A program made the position numbers and the translations under genes. Below the pieces are notes generated by a model, which was not told where the DNA came from, ran no database searches, and was given only the letters and a program-made list of their open reading frames with translations. From a phage, in the sequence record PZ338878.1: a stretch of DNA of 64,000 nucleotides; one strand, 5' to 3'. Shown here piece after piece: positions 63,636 to 64,000 of the stretch. The first letter of the stretch is position 1, and each line of letters starts with the position of its first letter.

Positions 63636-64000
63636 ATGCAAAACACCGATCTGACTTGGGTAGAAGCCAAAGAAGCAATGTTAAAAGGCAAACGTGTTAA
63701 ACATAAATACTTTTGCGAAGGGGAATGGTTTGAAATGCGTAACCGATCCCTTGTAGACGAAAAAGGAAATAACATGGAACAATGGTTCAAAAATGAAATT
63801 TGGCAGGGAACAGGTTGGTCTATAGTTGAAGATCAGCCTAGCTCAAGCGCACTGTTTAGCCCTATTATGTATCGCGTCATCGGTGCTTTAGTTGTTGATC
63901 ACGGAATTGCAGTGGAAAAAGAATGCTGGGAAGAGGTATCTTTTTTCAACCTGGCTTCTTATGCAAAAAGCCATATGCACTTGTTTGAAGAAGGTGATGA
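63636..64000 (+). CDS. hypothetical protein (5' portion; continues beyond window)
   Basis: ATG at 63636 8 nt after AGAGGAG; open to window end (MQNTDLTWVEAKEAMLKGKRVKHKYF...); absent from ORF track because no stop in window. Confidence 0.45.
   Translation, partial: MQNTDLTWVEAKEAMLKGKRVKHKYFCEGEWFEMRNRSLVDEKGNNMEQWFKNEIWQGTGWSIVEDQPSSSALFSPIMYRVIGALVVDHGIAVEKECWEEVSFFNLASYAKSHMHLFEEGD

Noticed and set aside
63569-63790. 73-aa minus-strand ORF
   Set aside because: Spans the divergent promoter region and overlaps the better-supported plus-strand ORF starting at 63636 with a good RBS
1-64000. tRNA genes, rRNA genes, integrase or att sites
   Set aside because: No cloverleaf-like GC-rich 70-90 nt segments, rRNA signatures, tyrosine/serine recombinase motifs or flanking direct repeats were recognised by eye; a tRNAscan-type search was not possible and would be needed to be definitive

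Overview
The window reads as a contiguous piece of a large, AT-rich, virulent tailed-phage (Caudoviricetes) genome; no integrase, repressor, rRNA, tRNA or CRISPR array was recognised by eye. Bases 1-25491 are a plus-strand late structural module with Mu/P2-like contractile-tail baseplate logic: putative tape measure, hub, gpV-like spike, gp25/gpW, gpJ-like and gpI-like proteins, a fibre with a Tfa-like chaperone, plus an unusually rich set of receptor-binding proteins (two pectate-lyase-fold tailspikes, a collagen-like fibre, an Ig-like/esterase-like fibre). A bidirectional terminator at about 25.5 kb marks a strand switch. Bases 25527-63519 are a long, tightly packed, translationally coupled minus-strand early/DNA-metabolism module: beta-class DNA methyltransferase, SSB, family A DNA polymerase, T7 gp4-like primase-helicase, four putative glycosyltransferases, anaerobic ribonucleotide reductase NrdD/NrdG, and a UvrD-like helicase interrupted by an intein. 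The most striking content is a phage-borne Ter-type ensemble (TerD, TerD-like/vWA, TelA, TerC) next to a macro-domain/PRTase/HAD operon, alongside an AAA-like ATPase, a secreted SleB-like hydrolase, a lipoprotein, a GatB/YqeY protein and many small ORFs with no recognisable homology. A divergent promoter region at 63.52-63.63 kb precedes a new plus-strand gene that runs off the window. All calls rest on motif-level reading of the supplied translations; no database search or computation was run.
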